From Nymphaea colorata (Eukaryota), in contig NC_045138.2 of the NCBI RefSeq assembly GCF_008831285.2, forward strand, positions 33,356,001 to 33,420,000: DNA of 64,000 nt, read 5' to 3'. The notes under the pieces are model-generated. The model saw only the letters and a program-made list of their open reading frames with translations. It did no database searches and was not told where the DNA came from. The translations under genes and the position numbers were made by a program. Position 1 is the first letter of the stretch. The number at the start of each line of letters is the position of its first letter. This document shows positions 45,045-56,540 of the stretch, piece by piece.

Positions 45045-48000
45045 AGCAGCAGACAAAAGCTTTGAGGAAGGGAGGCAGGAGAAGTAGTGAATGAGAGGAT
45101 CACATGAAACTAGAACCCAATGAGTGAATATCTTGCCGCGGTGATTTTATAGAAGTGGATTGAACAATCTCTTTGATGAAAGAAGTTAGAGATTTTTTAG
45201 CCATCTGCAAGCCATCAATGATGCTTAAATACCCCTCAACAACCTTGTTGCTATGATATCTGGCTAAAAAAACATAAAAAAAAAAAAAAGTAGCTGAAAC
45301 CCCTTTTTACAGGGTCCACGGAGTAAGCAACACCAAATTTCGGATACGTAAAAAAAATGAGGATTTGAAATGCTCAATATATGGCCAAAACCTCATATTT
45401 GAGGTATGACGGGAAGGGGTCTTGCCACTACTGGTCCTGTCTTTCAAGTGATTGCTATTTCCTAGGGTTTCTTTTACGGCCGAGACTTCACTATTCAACT
45501 CTCCTCTGCCGATGGTCTCACATCTGCAGGACTTTCCGTCCACGGCTCCCAGCATCTCCCCCGACAGCCTTGGCCCCATCGGTGATTGCTGCATTTGGCG
45601 GAGCATCCAAAGATTTATAATCAGCATTACAGACTATAGTTCCTTGATTTGTATAATATTCTTCAACTGTTCCCTTCGATTCATGGTGAGCTTCATTGTC
45701 GTGATACTTGATCCGTCACATGCAGTAATTTCAAAGCATAAGTCTCAAAATTTTCTGTTCGTTTTGATTCATTTTGTACTCCAAGAGTCTTAAGATCGGT
45801 TTACAAATTTTGAAAACAAGTTTTAGGTTTTAACCCAAAAAAAAAAAAAAAAAACTAACAAATCGATCGGATGATTAGGTTTGGAATGATTTTAAATCAA
45901 TAACCGACAAAAAACAAAAACAAAAACAATCAACTAGATGTTGGGGCAAAAAAGAACGCTGTTACCACCGTCGGACTTTTCTGAAAATCCAGGGAAAATT
46001 TTGAAATTTCCAGCATTACATCAGTCAATTTTTGGTTGGTTTATCTCTGTTTAGGCATCTCCAGCATTTTAGAACAAAGCTTCGTGAGTTTTCGCGTTGA
46101 TTTCGTCCAAACATTTTGTTGTCCCTCTCTGCTCGAGTTAGGCTGGAGCCTACTTTATCGGCAGGGAAGGGCGTGCTCACCTAATTCCACGTCGCCTATC
46201 TACTGTTCCCAACGTGTGAATCAAGACTTGGAAACGACAATGTCCACATTAATTGAGATGCTGCTATCTATTGCCTGTATGATTAAATGCTTAATTTGTC
46301 TTGGGCAAGCGAAAGTTCTTCTGTGATTTGATCGATTTATAATATTTCACTTCCCCTGATTTCCTTTCTCCTTTATTATGAATACAACTTCGATTTTTTC
46401 TTTTTTGGATCAGGGAAACACCACTTGAGGTGGGTGGGAGACTTATCCACGCATGGACATGCCAAAATTTAGGTCCCTCTCACATTTTTTAATTGCCTTA
46501 AAAGAAGTTGGTGAAGTAAGGTCAAGTTGCAACTAGCCGGATTGCACCAGCAACGGGGGTGCAATTAAAGGCTGGACAATTCTTCGATCGGCACGACCGG
46601 CCGCATAGTTTCAACTTTAGCTGCTCCCTGTCAAATCCAGTGATCCATTGGTTTTAAAAGACATACTTATTATAACGCTATATTTAACAAAAAAAGGTTT
46701 AGTTTTGTATTTAATATTGTGAAAGATTTTGAATGTCTTAAAAATAAGCTGGTTAAACTATTGTTTTGATTTCTAATCTTTTTGGAACTGTATCTGAAGT
46801 TGCTAGATACGGATTGGGAAAGATAGGCAACAAGGTTGTCTCATATAACTTATTTCTCTTGTTAAGTAAATTATAAAAATATTCCTATATGGTTATTCTC
46901 CAAAAAACATGTGAAACAGCGTATTTGAAGGCGTCAGAGTCCGATATCGACCGTGAAATAAGTGAGATGCATAATAATTGACTGACGATTTACTTTAGCT
47001 AGTGAAAAAGTAACCAAAATATTCTTTTATGAAGAAAAGTAAGCAGAATTTCTTCACCGTGCCATCCAACTAGCCTATTTAATGGAGTGGACATCCCCAT
47101 GTGCTGATCAACCCTAGGCAAAGACAAGTCAATAAAGAAATCAATTCTGATGCTATCTTTTTACTAGCTAGAGTGATAAAACTCTTTACAGATTTTGTGA
47201 AGAAATCTAAAGTTTCAAGAGTGCTGTTCATGTACATCAGCTTTGTTATCCCAATTGACAGGAGTGAGTTTTCTCTTCGACTACCCTACCAGAACAAGAA
47301 ACGTCCATTTCTTATGCGTTCGCCATAAAAAAGCCGGTTGGTGTAGATGGAGCAAGTCGCCGGAGGCATTATTCTCCTTCCAAAATGAGATACCGATCCA
47401 ACCTAGTGATCTCTTGCCCGGACAAAGGGTTGTATATCCTTTGAATTTTGCCACTTGGAGAGTTCATCTGAGATTTACCTTGGCCTTTGAGCAGCATTTC
47501 CATGCAGTTAAAGTTAAGTTCTATTAATTAATCTTCTCCTATGTCAGTATTTAAAGGATATCGCATCTGCAGTTTGGGAAGTTACTTGACAGATTAACTA
47601 ATTTTCATGTAAGTAGATATTGATCTCTCGCTCACCCCTGAAATATGGTGTCACAGAACATCTATTTCATATATGCAGCAATCCCTGTTTCTAATTACTT
47701 TTGCATGCAAACATTCAACAGCGAGTTTGGTGCATGACTGGCAACATTTTGGATATCTAATTTAGCCTGTTTTATCGTTTAAGTAACCCTGTAAAAATCT
47801 TATAAATATAGTTATCCAAGGAAACTAATTTGGCAATTTTCTTGGTTTGTATCATGTCCACCACACCTGCACCTTTAACATATAATAAAGAAAAAAAATT
47901 CTAAATTCCATTACCTGATCCGCTCACGTAATATCTGTTCAACAAAGTTGAATAAGTCTCAAAGCCCGACAAAGGCCACATTTCTTGCAACATTCTGAGA

Positions 48001-48912
48001 TTTTCTGGCTTTAATAATATTTAACTTATTAAGTTTAGGAAACGCATGGTTTGCATCATACAACCCACATAAATCGACTGATAGCTACCAAGTAGAGTCT
48101 TCAAAAATATGTCGTCTTTAATTGGATTTGGTTCCTGTACCACCTCTCCCTCTCTCTTGGGAACTATATCTATATGGCAGTCAATATGTACGTCTTATGT
48201 AGGGCCAATACTACTCAAGAATTTTTGGCACCTCTTTAATTCCGCTTTGCACAACTCTTTATCACCTTTCGCTTTCTAATATATATATATATATAACACG
48301 AAAGATTGAGAGTTGGTTTGACTGATAAGGCGGGGCTAAATCATTCATTCAACCAACGGTTTTGCCATTACTACCCACCTTCGCCCATTGAATCTCTCTT
48401 GCACGTTCCTTTCATGTCAATTAATTATCAATTAACTCACTCTCATCGTGTAAGCCTCAAATTTAAGGCCGGCTGGCCGCTGTGGGGCTGCCGTGGAGGT
48501 TGATTGTAAACGAACTTCCATCTCTGTTTATTTAATCTTTTTCTATCTGATGCCCACCCGCGCACTCAACCGTTCAAATTCACCTCCGGGGTGTCTCTCT
48601 CTTTCTCTTTGTTCTTGTGTTTAAGAGATTTTTAATCCTCAAATTTTGTTATGCATTTCTATTTTATTAGTTCTTTCACTTTTTCTCTTTCACTGACTTG
48701 ATCTACCAGATACATTGACCAGTTTAAAATTGAGGACTTTTTCAATTTAAGATCAGAGTGAAAAGCCTATAGTCGATCGTCAGAGTAAGGAAGCTGCATT
48801 TTTTAGATCGTTAGATGCGGTAGGATATATTCTCCATGCAACATGCAAGAAAAATAAAAATAAAATCAAATTTGAATTTGTACCATCATGCGCAAGAAGC
48901 AGGTGACGTTAC

Positions 48913-49385
48913 CTGATTTTCCGGAACTTGCAACCAAGAAAAATATGCTGTCTGCAGTACTATCAGTGGTTCCTTTCACGAGATTATTGGGCACATCTCC
49001 TTTCCATGCGTGGAACAGGTACCATCTCGGTAAGAATAAGCTGTGCAGAGCAGTCGGTCATTGAAAACAATGGTTAGAAGCACGTTTAATTGACAGCTTA
49101 CTGCTTAGTAAAATAATCGCCTTCACATTGCAATTTGTTCTTCCTCGTGCACCCACCGGAGCAAGCGTTTGATTACCACTCTTGGGCTGATGCAGGTTCC
49201 AAACCGTCCAAGCGCTCACACATCTGCATGTTCTGCTTAGGCTCGTTATTAAAGACCCCGAATGTTCCACAAACAGCATAGATATCACACTGTTGCGACC
49301 AGAAAACTTTCCAGCTCTCAGTCGGTTTGTTCCACGTTGCTAGCTTGATCTGCCCATTCACATCTATCTTAGTCCTTGTCAGCGA
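48913..49385 (-). pseudogene. S-domain kinase relic: 3' part of exon 1 (S-locus end/EGF/PAN) of a gene-C paralog
   Basis: LTRTKIDVNGQIKLATWNKPTESWKVFWSQQCDIYAVCGTFGVFN..CERLDGLEPASAQEW aligns to gene C (LTKTKIHANGQIKQETW..FWTQPIHQCDIYALCGPFGVCN..CECLDGFNPASAQEW). It has frameshifts and lost Cys residues, and keeps the same TCAG|gtaac donor at 48913. Confidence 0.88.
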
Positions 49386-49622
49386 CACATGTTAAAACAA
49401 AGGCTTTACATGAAACGGCTGAAGGTCACGGTGAAAAATCTCTTCCTAAAAATAAACAAAAAAGAAAGAATTCTTTAAGAGTTGCCATGTTTATCTAAAT
49501 CAATAACCATCATTACTGGACCTTGCTGTAACTCAAAAAATGCATCAATAAAGAACTCTTTCCTTGGAGAGAGAAAGAGTATTCTCTTTAGTTTAGCAGA
49601 ACCGGGTTAATTGTTTGTGGTA

Positions 49623-49875
49623 TCAGAGCTATCTTTGATTCATCATTGTGTTCATCATGCCATGGTGCAAATTCAACCACGTCTGGCTCAGCCGTCAGAG
49701 CTATCTTTGATTCATCATTGTGTTCATGGTGCAAATTCAACCACGTCTGGCTCACCCGTGGCTCTGCCCCTAATCCAAGAACTCATTGAAATGCATTTAT
49801 CTTTGATTCATCATTGTACGTCTGGCTCAGCCGTGGCTCTGCTACTAATCCAAGAACTCATTGAAATGCATTTTT
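49623..49875. repeat. Nested short tandem duplications in the Copia 5' leader
   Basis: tatctttgattcatcattgt x3, acgtctggctca.ccgt x3, catggtgcaaattcaacc x2 and taatccaagaactcattgaaatgcattt x2. Confidence 0.8.
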
Positions 49876-50553
49876 CAGCTTAGTTTCTGTCAGATTGAAT
49901 AAAAAGCATTTTTTGTTATCGTGCTTTCTGATCACCGATGTGATGAAAAGTCAAGCCTTACATACAAAGGTACGTTAGTGGTTTTATTGATGCTCTCCCT
50001 GTGAATATCTTGATGGTGTTCAATCCAAAGTATGATACATGGGAACATGGAGACCGGTTAGCCTTGAGTTGGATTATAACAACTGTTCGAACTTATTTTA
50101 CCTTAGCTAATTTCTTACACCAAGGTTCTTTTCAGCCTGTGTGCTCTTGAACAAACAATATGTCTCACAGTTTAATTTCAGTTGACACATGATTTACGAA
50201 ATGTGAAAAAAGGTGACATGCTCACGACGGATTACTTGAATCAAGTTAAGTTTCTGCAGGACTCATTAGTTATTGTCAATCATGTGACTTCTGATTTAGA
50301 TCTGATTCTTTATACTTTTAATAAATTATCTAGTGAATATGAAGCATTTATGACCAAAGTTACCACCTTCAAGCAATTACCAAGTTTTTTGACATGCTGG
50401 TCACTTAAAAGAATGGTCTTAGCATTTTTGCGTAACCATCAAACACTAACAGTGACTCCCATGTTGTAGCCTTTGTGGCCCAACGTAGGTGAGGCCGAGG
50501 CAGCTTCAACTATCAAGAGATAAAGGTGGTAGCTGTGAATGGTGACCGCAGCC

Positions 50554-50605
<52 letters not shown>
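50554..50605. repeat. (AAT)n microsatellite within the Copia remnant
   Basis: About 17 perfect AAT units. Confidence 0.9.
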
Positions 50606-50607
<2 letters not shown>

Positions 50608-52569
50608 GTGGCCATAGTGGGCGTAGAAACAATAATTCAATGGCTCTTGCTTTGAGACGGCTTGGCATGCTCCTTTCATGTCAACTCATTCTCATTGAAC
50701 TCCCATGCAACTCGACTTGTATGTAGAAAGATATAGAAGCTCGGCCCCTTTCATTATCTCGGATATTGGGGCTGATTATATATATATATATATAAACATA
50801 CAAGTTGACTTTCCACAAGGATGTTCTCAAGGCGTTGCGGGACCATAGAAGCCCACGAGCATTGTCATTGCACTCCAGTAAATTACATTTCTGAAAAAAA
50901 TCTATAGTAGAGTTTCCACACATTCCAGTCAAAGTAAGAGGCCAGAAGCCCAAAATAACGAAATGCAGTTATTGAATTGGGCGTTGTAAATTATTAATTA
51001 ATTTGATCAGCTCATAAATGCAAAAGCTTCACGTGCGGTATGTTTAATTTTACAAAATTTTATAAAATAATTTTCTTATGTTTTAATTTTTTCACATATT
51101 GTTTCATTTGCTTTTTTTTTTTTTTACTATAATATTTTCTAGCCGATTTTTTGCCGATTCAGTTACATTGCCATCACAAGACTTAGTGGTTAACGCAATC
51201 GACACTCTGTGCCTAAATTGTGATATTCTGAAAAGGTCGATTAACTTTTATCAAGTCATGACTTCTAGGAATGTACTAGTTTAGTTTTCCTGTTTGTAAG
51301 AAAACAAGATTTTTCAGCGGGAGAAGATCATGCATGCACCAATTCCTCCAAATCAACTCTGACCATCAAAAGCATAATCATCTCATCAGTTAGAGTAGTG
51401 TCCTAATTTTGGTTTATTATGCACTGCAGAATCATTAGGAGGATGCATGTATGTATACACTGTAGCGTAATAAATTTTCAGAAAATTAACCCGCCCGCTT
51501 CCACTTATTACGTTCTTTTATCCCGTTTGTGTGGCTTTAAGTGGTGACCTAAAAATGGGTTTGACATAGCCTTGATCTGCCCATTTCAATCGCATACGTT
51601 GTTCATTGATTCCATTCTCCTATTAATGCAGAGACGTCGACATGTATCATATGCTTACTTCCTTTTAAGAAAAAAAAAAACGTTAAATTGTGCTAAATAT
51701 TCTTCGTTTAATTTGTGAACTCGATATATATAATATTTAATTAGCCCTCAAATTCTTTTTACTTTTTCATATGTTATTTATTTATTTTTTTTAACATGAT
51801 CTCCGCTGTCGATTCAGCTTGAGGTTGGAGGAGTACACGGCTAAGAACAAGTCGTCACGTACGGTAGCAACTCGCATCTGCACTTTTTCAAATAATTGTA
51901 ATTTATCAACTTTCAAAACATTTTTCTTCTGCATATCATGATATGTTTTTCACATCAGAGCAAAAATTAAAACTGCTGTCCCAATGATTCTTCACTTTAC
52001 TCCTGACTGAACACAATACACATTGGAAAAGTGTATGCTTTAGAAGCTCAATAGTTGTTGGATCGATAAAATTTAAAATTCGTCACTCAAAAGATCATAA
52101 ATCATTGTCTAAACCATCATAAACTGTTGCAAGTTGACTCTCTCTCTTTCTCTCTCTCTCTAATTAGATTTTTATCTGTGCAGTGCCTGGTGGCCTTGGC
52201 TTTGTGCAGTTTGTGGATCCTTTAAATTTTGCCATGATTCTTTAAATTGGCGGTTGCGGCTGTGCTTGTGTGTGTTCTCACTTCTCAGCTTTCAATTTCA
52301 CAAATTACTTTGTGTTTCAGAGGAGTTTCAGGATATGATGGTTGGAGGCCAACTTATGATGGGAATGCGGGTGCCACCCTATTGACGTAACAAGGTCGCT
52401 CACGCTGGTTTCAAAGCTCATCGACATTTGAATTTCTTCTACACGTTGTACCTCTATTTTTTGCGTCTTTGAACCCACAAAAAGGAAAAAAGAAGTCTTA
52501 ACTTATTAAAGCCTTTTGTTTTTCTGTAAAAACGTTGCTCTGATTAGAAAGTTTCCATGGCCATAAACC

Positions 52570-53060
52570 TGCTCTGGCGGATCTTATTACCATCACCATC
52601 AGATGCGCCCTTCGACACCAGGAAAGTTAGGCAAATAAAGTGCATAAGTCTATTTCATGGCCTAAAAAGATCAGGCCTTACACATAATTTCAACAAGAAG
52701 CTTCAAAGTAAACTATGCAAGAACAAAGGAACCCAATCCCTCACCGTGGTTGCATATCAGAGATTGTGATATCATTTGTTGAAGAATTACCAAGCTCAGT
52801 GCCTACAAGAGTGGAACCTCTATCTGAAGAATAACCAAGCTCAAGTAATTCCTCAATCTTATCTTCGTTCCATAGCTTCCATGCCTGCATTGTGTCATTC
52901 ATCCAAGATCACAAGGTTAGCTTGCAGATCACCAGTATTAATGCATAATCACATTGTCACCAAGGGTTCAGTTAGCTGTGCCATCGACACGATAAAATAA
53001 GCAAATTTAAAGAGTCCGATTAAAGAGTTACGCGAGATCATTCTTTCCTCCACCTGCATT
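52570..53060 (-). pseudogene. S-domain kinase relic: internally deleted last exon, adjacent intron and 3' UTR, and exon-2 acceptor of a gene-C paralog
   Basis: 52741-52830 matches gene C 39260-39350 (tcaccgtggttgca..gtgatatcatttgttgaagaatt). 52858-52905 matches 39548-39597 (tcgttccatagcttccatgcctgcat = cag|AWKLWNEDK). ttctttcctccacctg at ~53041-53056 matches the gene-C exon-2 start. Confidence 0.8.
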
Positions 53061-56000
53061 CCATCAAACAAGACAGCATAGTTAAAAAAAGGCGCATTTT
53101 TTTTGAAAAAAATGCATTAAAAATGCGAAAAAGAAATCAGTCGAATAAAACGATAAAAAAAATACTAAAAACGAACAAAAAGTGTTTTCCCCTTTTTTCT
53201 TTTTGAGCATTAATGGCAACTCTTTGGGTTTCATTTTAAAATTCTTATCTAAAATGGATGGATAATAGACGTCAGATATTTATTGATGACTAAATCTAAG
53301 CATGGATCCAGTCCAAACATGACACACTATTTACTTAAATTCAAGTTCATATTTTGTTATCTTAATCAGCTGATGTTAATGTTTTTTTTTTCTATATCAA
53401 CATTTCAAAAGCAGTCTAATAAGACGGTCAGTCTGAATTGGACTTATTGGCATCATTATCTACCATGTTCCCATATATAATTTCTTTATGAATGGGCACA
53501 AATGACATATATTTCTTATAGAAAAATTAGTGGCATACATGATAGGTGTCAATTCGCTGGTGACTGCATTATATCCCTACAAATACAACAAAGGATAGTC
53601 GATCATACTAAATACAACTAAAAAATACTGATCCGGGTTCAAAATAAATCCATTTTCTATGTTCTTATTGTTCACCGTAAATCGAGTCAGTGCCTCGCAA
53701 TTTGTGTGCACATAGTTTATACGTTCGACATCTCCTCTTTCTTTGACACGTACATGACAGCCATCGTTTTATGTAAAAGAAAAGAAAAAGACTACCTCAC
53801 CCCCGATATAGGTACAATCTTAAATTGTCCGTTATCATTCCATAAATTTAGCTATCTACTTTACCGTCTTCATCTTGTGATAAGGAAAGCTCTTAATCAG
53901 CTTGGTCCTGTTGCTGAATATTTATTGTCGAAGGACCATTGATGTGGGACAACTCTGGGCATCTTGCGTGAGGTAACACTGCATTATGCGGAAGCCGAAC
54001 AGCTTAACCATTCTTTATGTGATGGACAACTGGACAAGGGCTTAGTAAAACTTGAATGACTTCCCACACAGCCGGACGTATTGGTCTTTCAAGTTAATTT
54101 GTTTCATATCTAATCACTTGATAACAATTTTTTCTCAAAAAAAAAAAATTATAGGACATGCTCAACTTTTGAGGTTCAACAAAAACAAAATTAAGTTTGA
54201 AGTTGTTAAAATCAATAGAACAAGTTCATGTTATACCACCAAAAGTTGAGCTTGTTTCATGAGCCTTAATTCATAATGATAATCGCTAGCCTCATTTTAA
54301 AATTACTCATCCCCACAAATGATTCTGACAACATTCCCCACTATCTATTGCTTAGTGGTATTCATTTGAGTTTGGCTCCACCAAACCCACCACATATGGC
54401 TGCAGAAAAGAAGCGTCGGAGCAACTCGAGGGGCATTTAATTACAGGAATACTGTTTTTTTTTTCCAAAAAAATAGCGTTCGATAAAGGTGTCCCTTTGT
54501 AAAACACATTTTATTGAATACCACGTTCTAAAAATGCAAACTTTCCTGTTACCAAATGCCCTCTTTAAGGGTAGGTAGGTTGCAAAACTAAGTGACCCAA
54601 ATATTGGAGCAGATTATAGTTGCTTAAAATCAGGTTGGGATTGATCAAACTTAATAAAGAGGACTGGGCTGGACTCGCTTTCAGAAAAAACGCACCAAAC
54701 CTAAGCCGACCAACTTGGTAATAGTGTAAATAATCTACATGAACCTAACGAATTCTTATTAATTTTATCTATTTTTTAATTAATAAGTGTTAAGCCTTGG
54801 TCCAATTACTGAATCAGGGTAACAGGACCAAAAACAGATGCCAGAAAGAAATGCAATATACCGTATCCAACAAAAAGGACTTACAGTTAGCGTCGTCGTC
54901 TGATAGGGCCCATGCCTTTGGGCTTCCGATTACTGAACTGCATTCCCACCGGCATAAAATATTAGGTTGTTAATAGATGCTGTTAAAAAGATGTCATGAC
55001 AAAAATACAAATATATCCCGGTTGAATCATTGAAAACGCAATCAAACAATTTGAATACAGAAGTGTAGTATATGAATCCATCAACCTGCCCATGAATTAG
55101 AATCAGTCCCAACATTTGACGAATTGAAGGTAAAGACTAAAGAACAAGTGAGCGAAGAATCTAGCAGAGAACAGATACATTAAGAAAGAAAAGAAGCTAT
55201 CAAATAGCATAGCACTTCATCATCAACACAAGAACATTTAACTCTGGAACTGGAAGGATAGAGCACATCTATCAAGGAGAAACGTATTGTTGAGGAGCCC
55301 GTTTCTTGTCAATTCTGCATATTTTAAGGGGCCGATCAGGCTGTTTGTCAGAAACCCACAGTGAATGTATTGCTTGTAACCTTGTTTACGAGCCAACTGC
55401 TAGTCAGAAAAGAAAATCGATAGTTACACACAAGTACTTTAATTGTCCAGATATCCGTGCAATACCCTGACCATAAGATTATAGTGCACATTTCTAAGCA
55501 ATTGGAAACACAGAAAAAAAGTTATAAACCTTTAAATACAAGGCAAAATATTACTGGGCACTAATACATAATGAACCAATTTATGTGGGTCTATATACCC
55601 AATGGCATACACTATGCCCACGAATAGCTCCACCACTTTAGAATCAGGAACCTAGTCAGACTGAGAAACACTATCCCAAAAAATTTAAAGCATGTATGAA
55701 CGATCACTGCCAAAAAAAGTTCTATGAAAACTTTTTTTGCCAAAAAGGTAGTTCTTTAATCATTTTTTAAAAATTGATTTATGTGTTTTCGGGGGAAGGG
55801 GATGGATATTATTCAAACCCTTTTAAAAACTAGGTTTTGATAAAATTGAGTTTTTCTCAAACTCATTTTTTAATGTCACCTGAAAACTATAAAAACTCCA
55901 CTTTCAAAAGAGTGTCAATTGAAACACGTTGTTAGGGGTGGGCAGATTTCTTTTAGGTGTATTGTTGCCATCAAAGTACTCTCGTCTCATTTGAGCGGAA

Positions 56001-56540
56001 ACAATCACTTTAAAAGGGAACGATAAGATCATGCACAACCAAACAAGAGAGAGAGAGAGAAAGGTGGCAACATGAGTTTGAGATTACCTTCATCCAGATT
56101 GGAGAGTACATCTGACCTGCACTTGATGACATCGTCACCACCATCAGCATGAGCAACACTTGATCACAACTTCACCACCACCAGCACTACCACTCTTGAT
56201 TTATCCACTGCATCAACTGCAGGGAAGCATCTTCTAAAAACATGAGCAATGGTAACAGGGGCAGATCATGTCAATAGGAGTTAACGTGACTAGAAAGAGG
56301 AAGCTGCCAAAATGCAAGACAAAACATCAAGCAAAATTTCTAGTAATTTTAGTCTTTTTGGGTTTAGAAGTTTTTCTAGCACAGTAAAAAGGAAGGCACA
56401 TCAACTTTAACTAGGTTGCTTTCAAAGGAGGACTAAGCATCCTGATAGAGATGAGTGCGTTTTGCTAACATTTTGAGAAAGCAAGCACGTCCACTTCAAT
56501 AGACAGTTTTTTTCACGTTTTATATGGCTGACTGTTTCAG

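Larger units (their letters stand above)
49390..50700 (+). mobile_element. Truncated Ty1/Copia LTR retrotransposon (putative 5' LTR, tRNA-iMet PBS, degenerate gag)
   Basis: TGTTAAAA at 49390 and PBS TGGTATCAGAGC at 49618-49629. Gag-like FNPKYDTWEHGDRLALSWII (~50019) and LRNVKKGDMLTTDYLNQVKFLQDSL..SDLDLILYTFNKLSSEYEAFMT (50182-50469), followed by an R/G/N-rich tail. No pol region or 3' LTR found. Confidence 0.8.

Noticed and set aside
52184..52221. Acceptor followed by PGGLGFVQFVDP, resembling the RNP1 motif of SC35-like splicing factors (PRGFGFVQFVDP)
   Set aside because: Only ~12 residues followed by a stop, and no other RRM exons recognisable. At most a tiny gene fragment; a TBLASTN would be needed.
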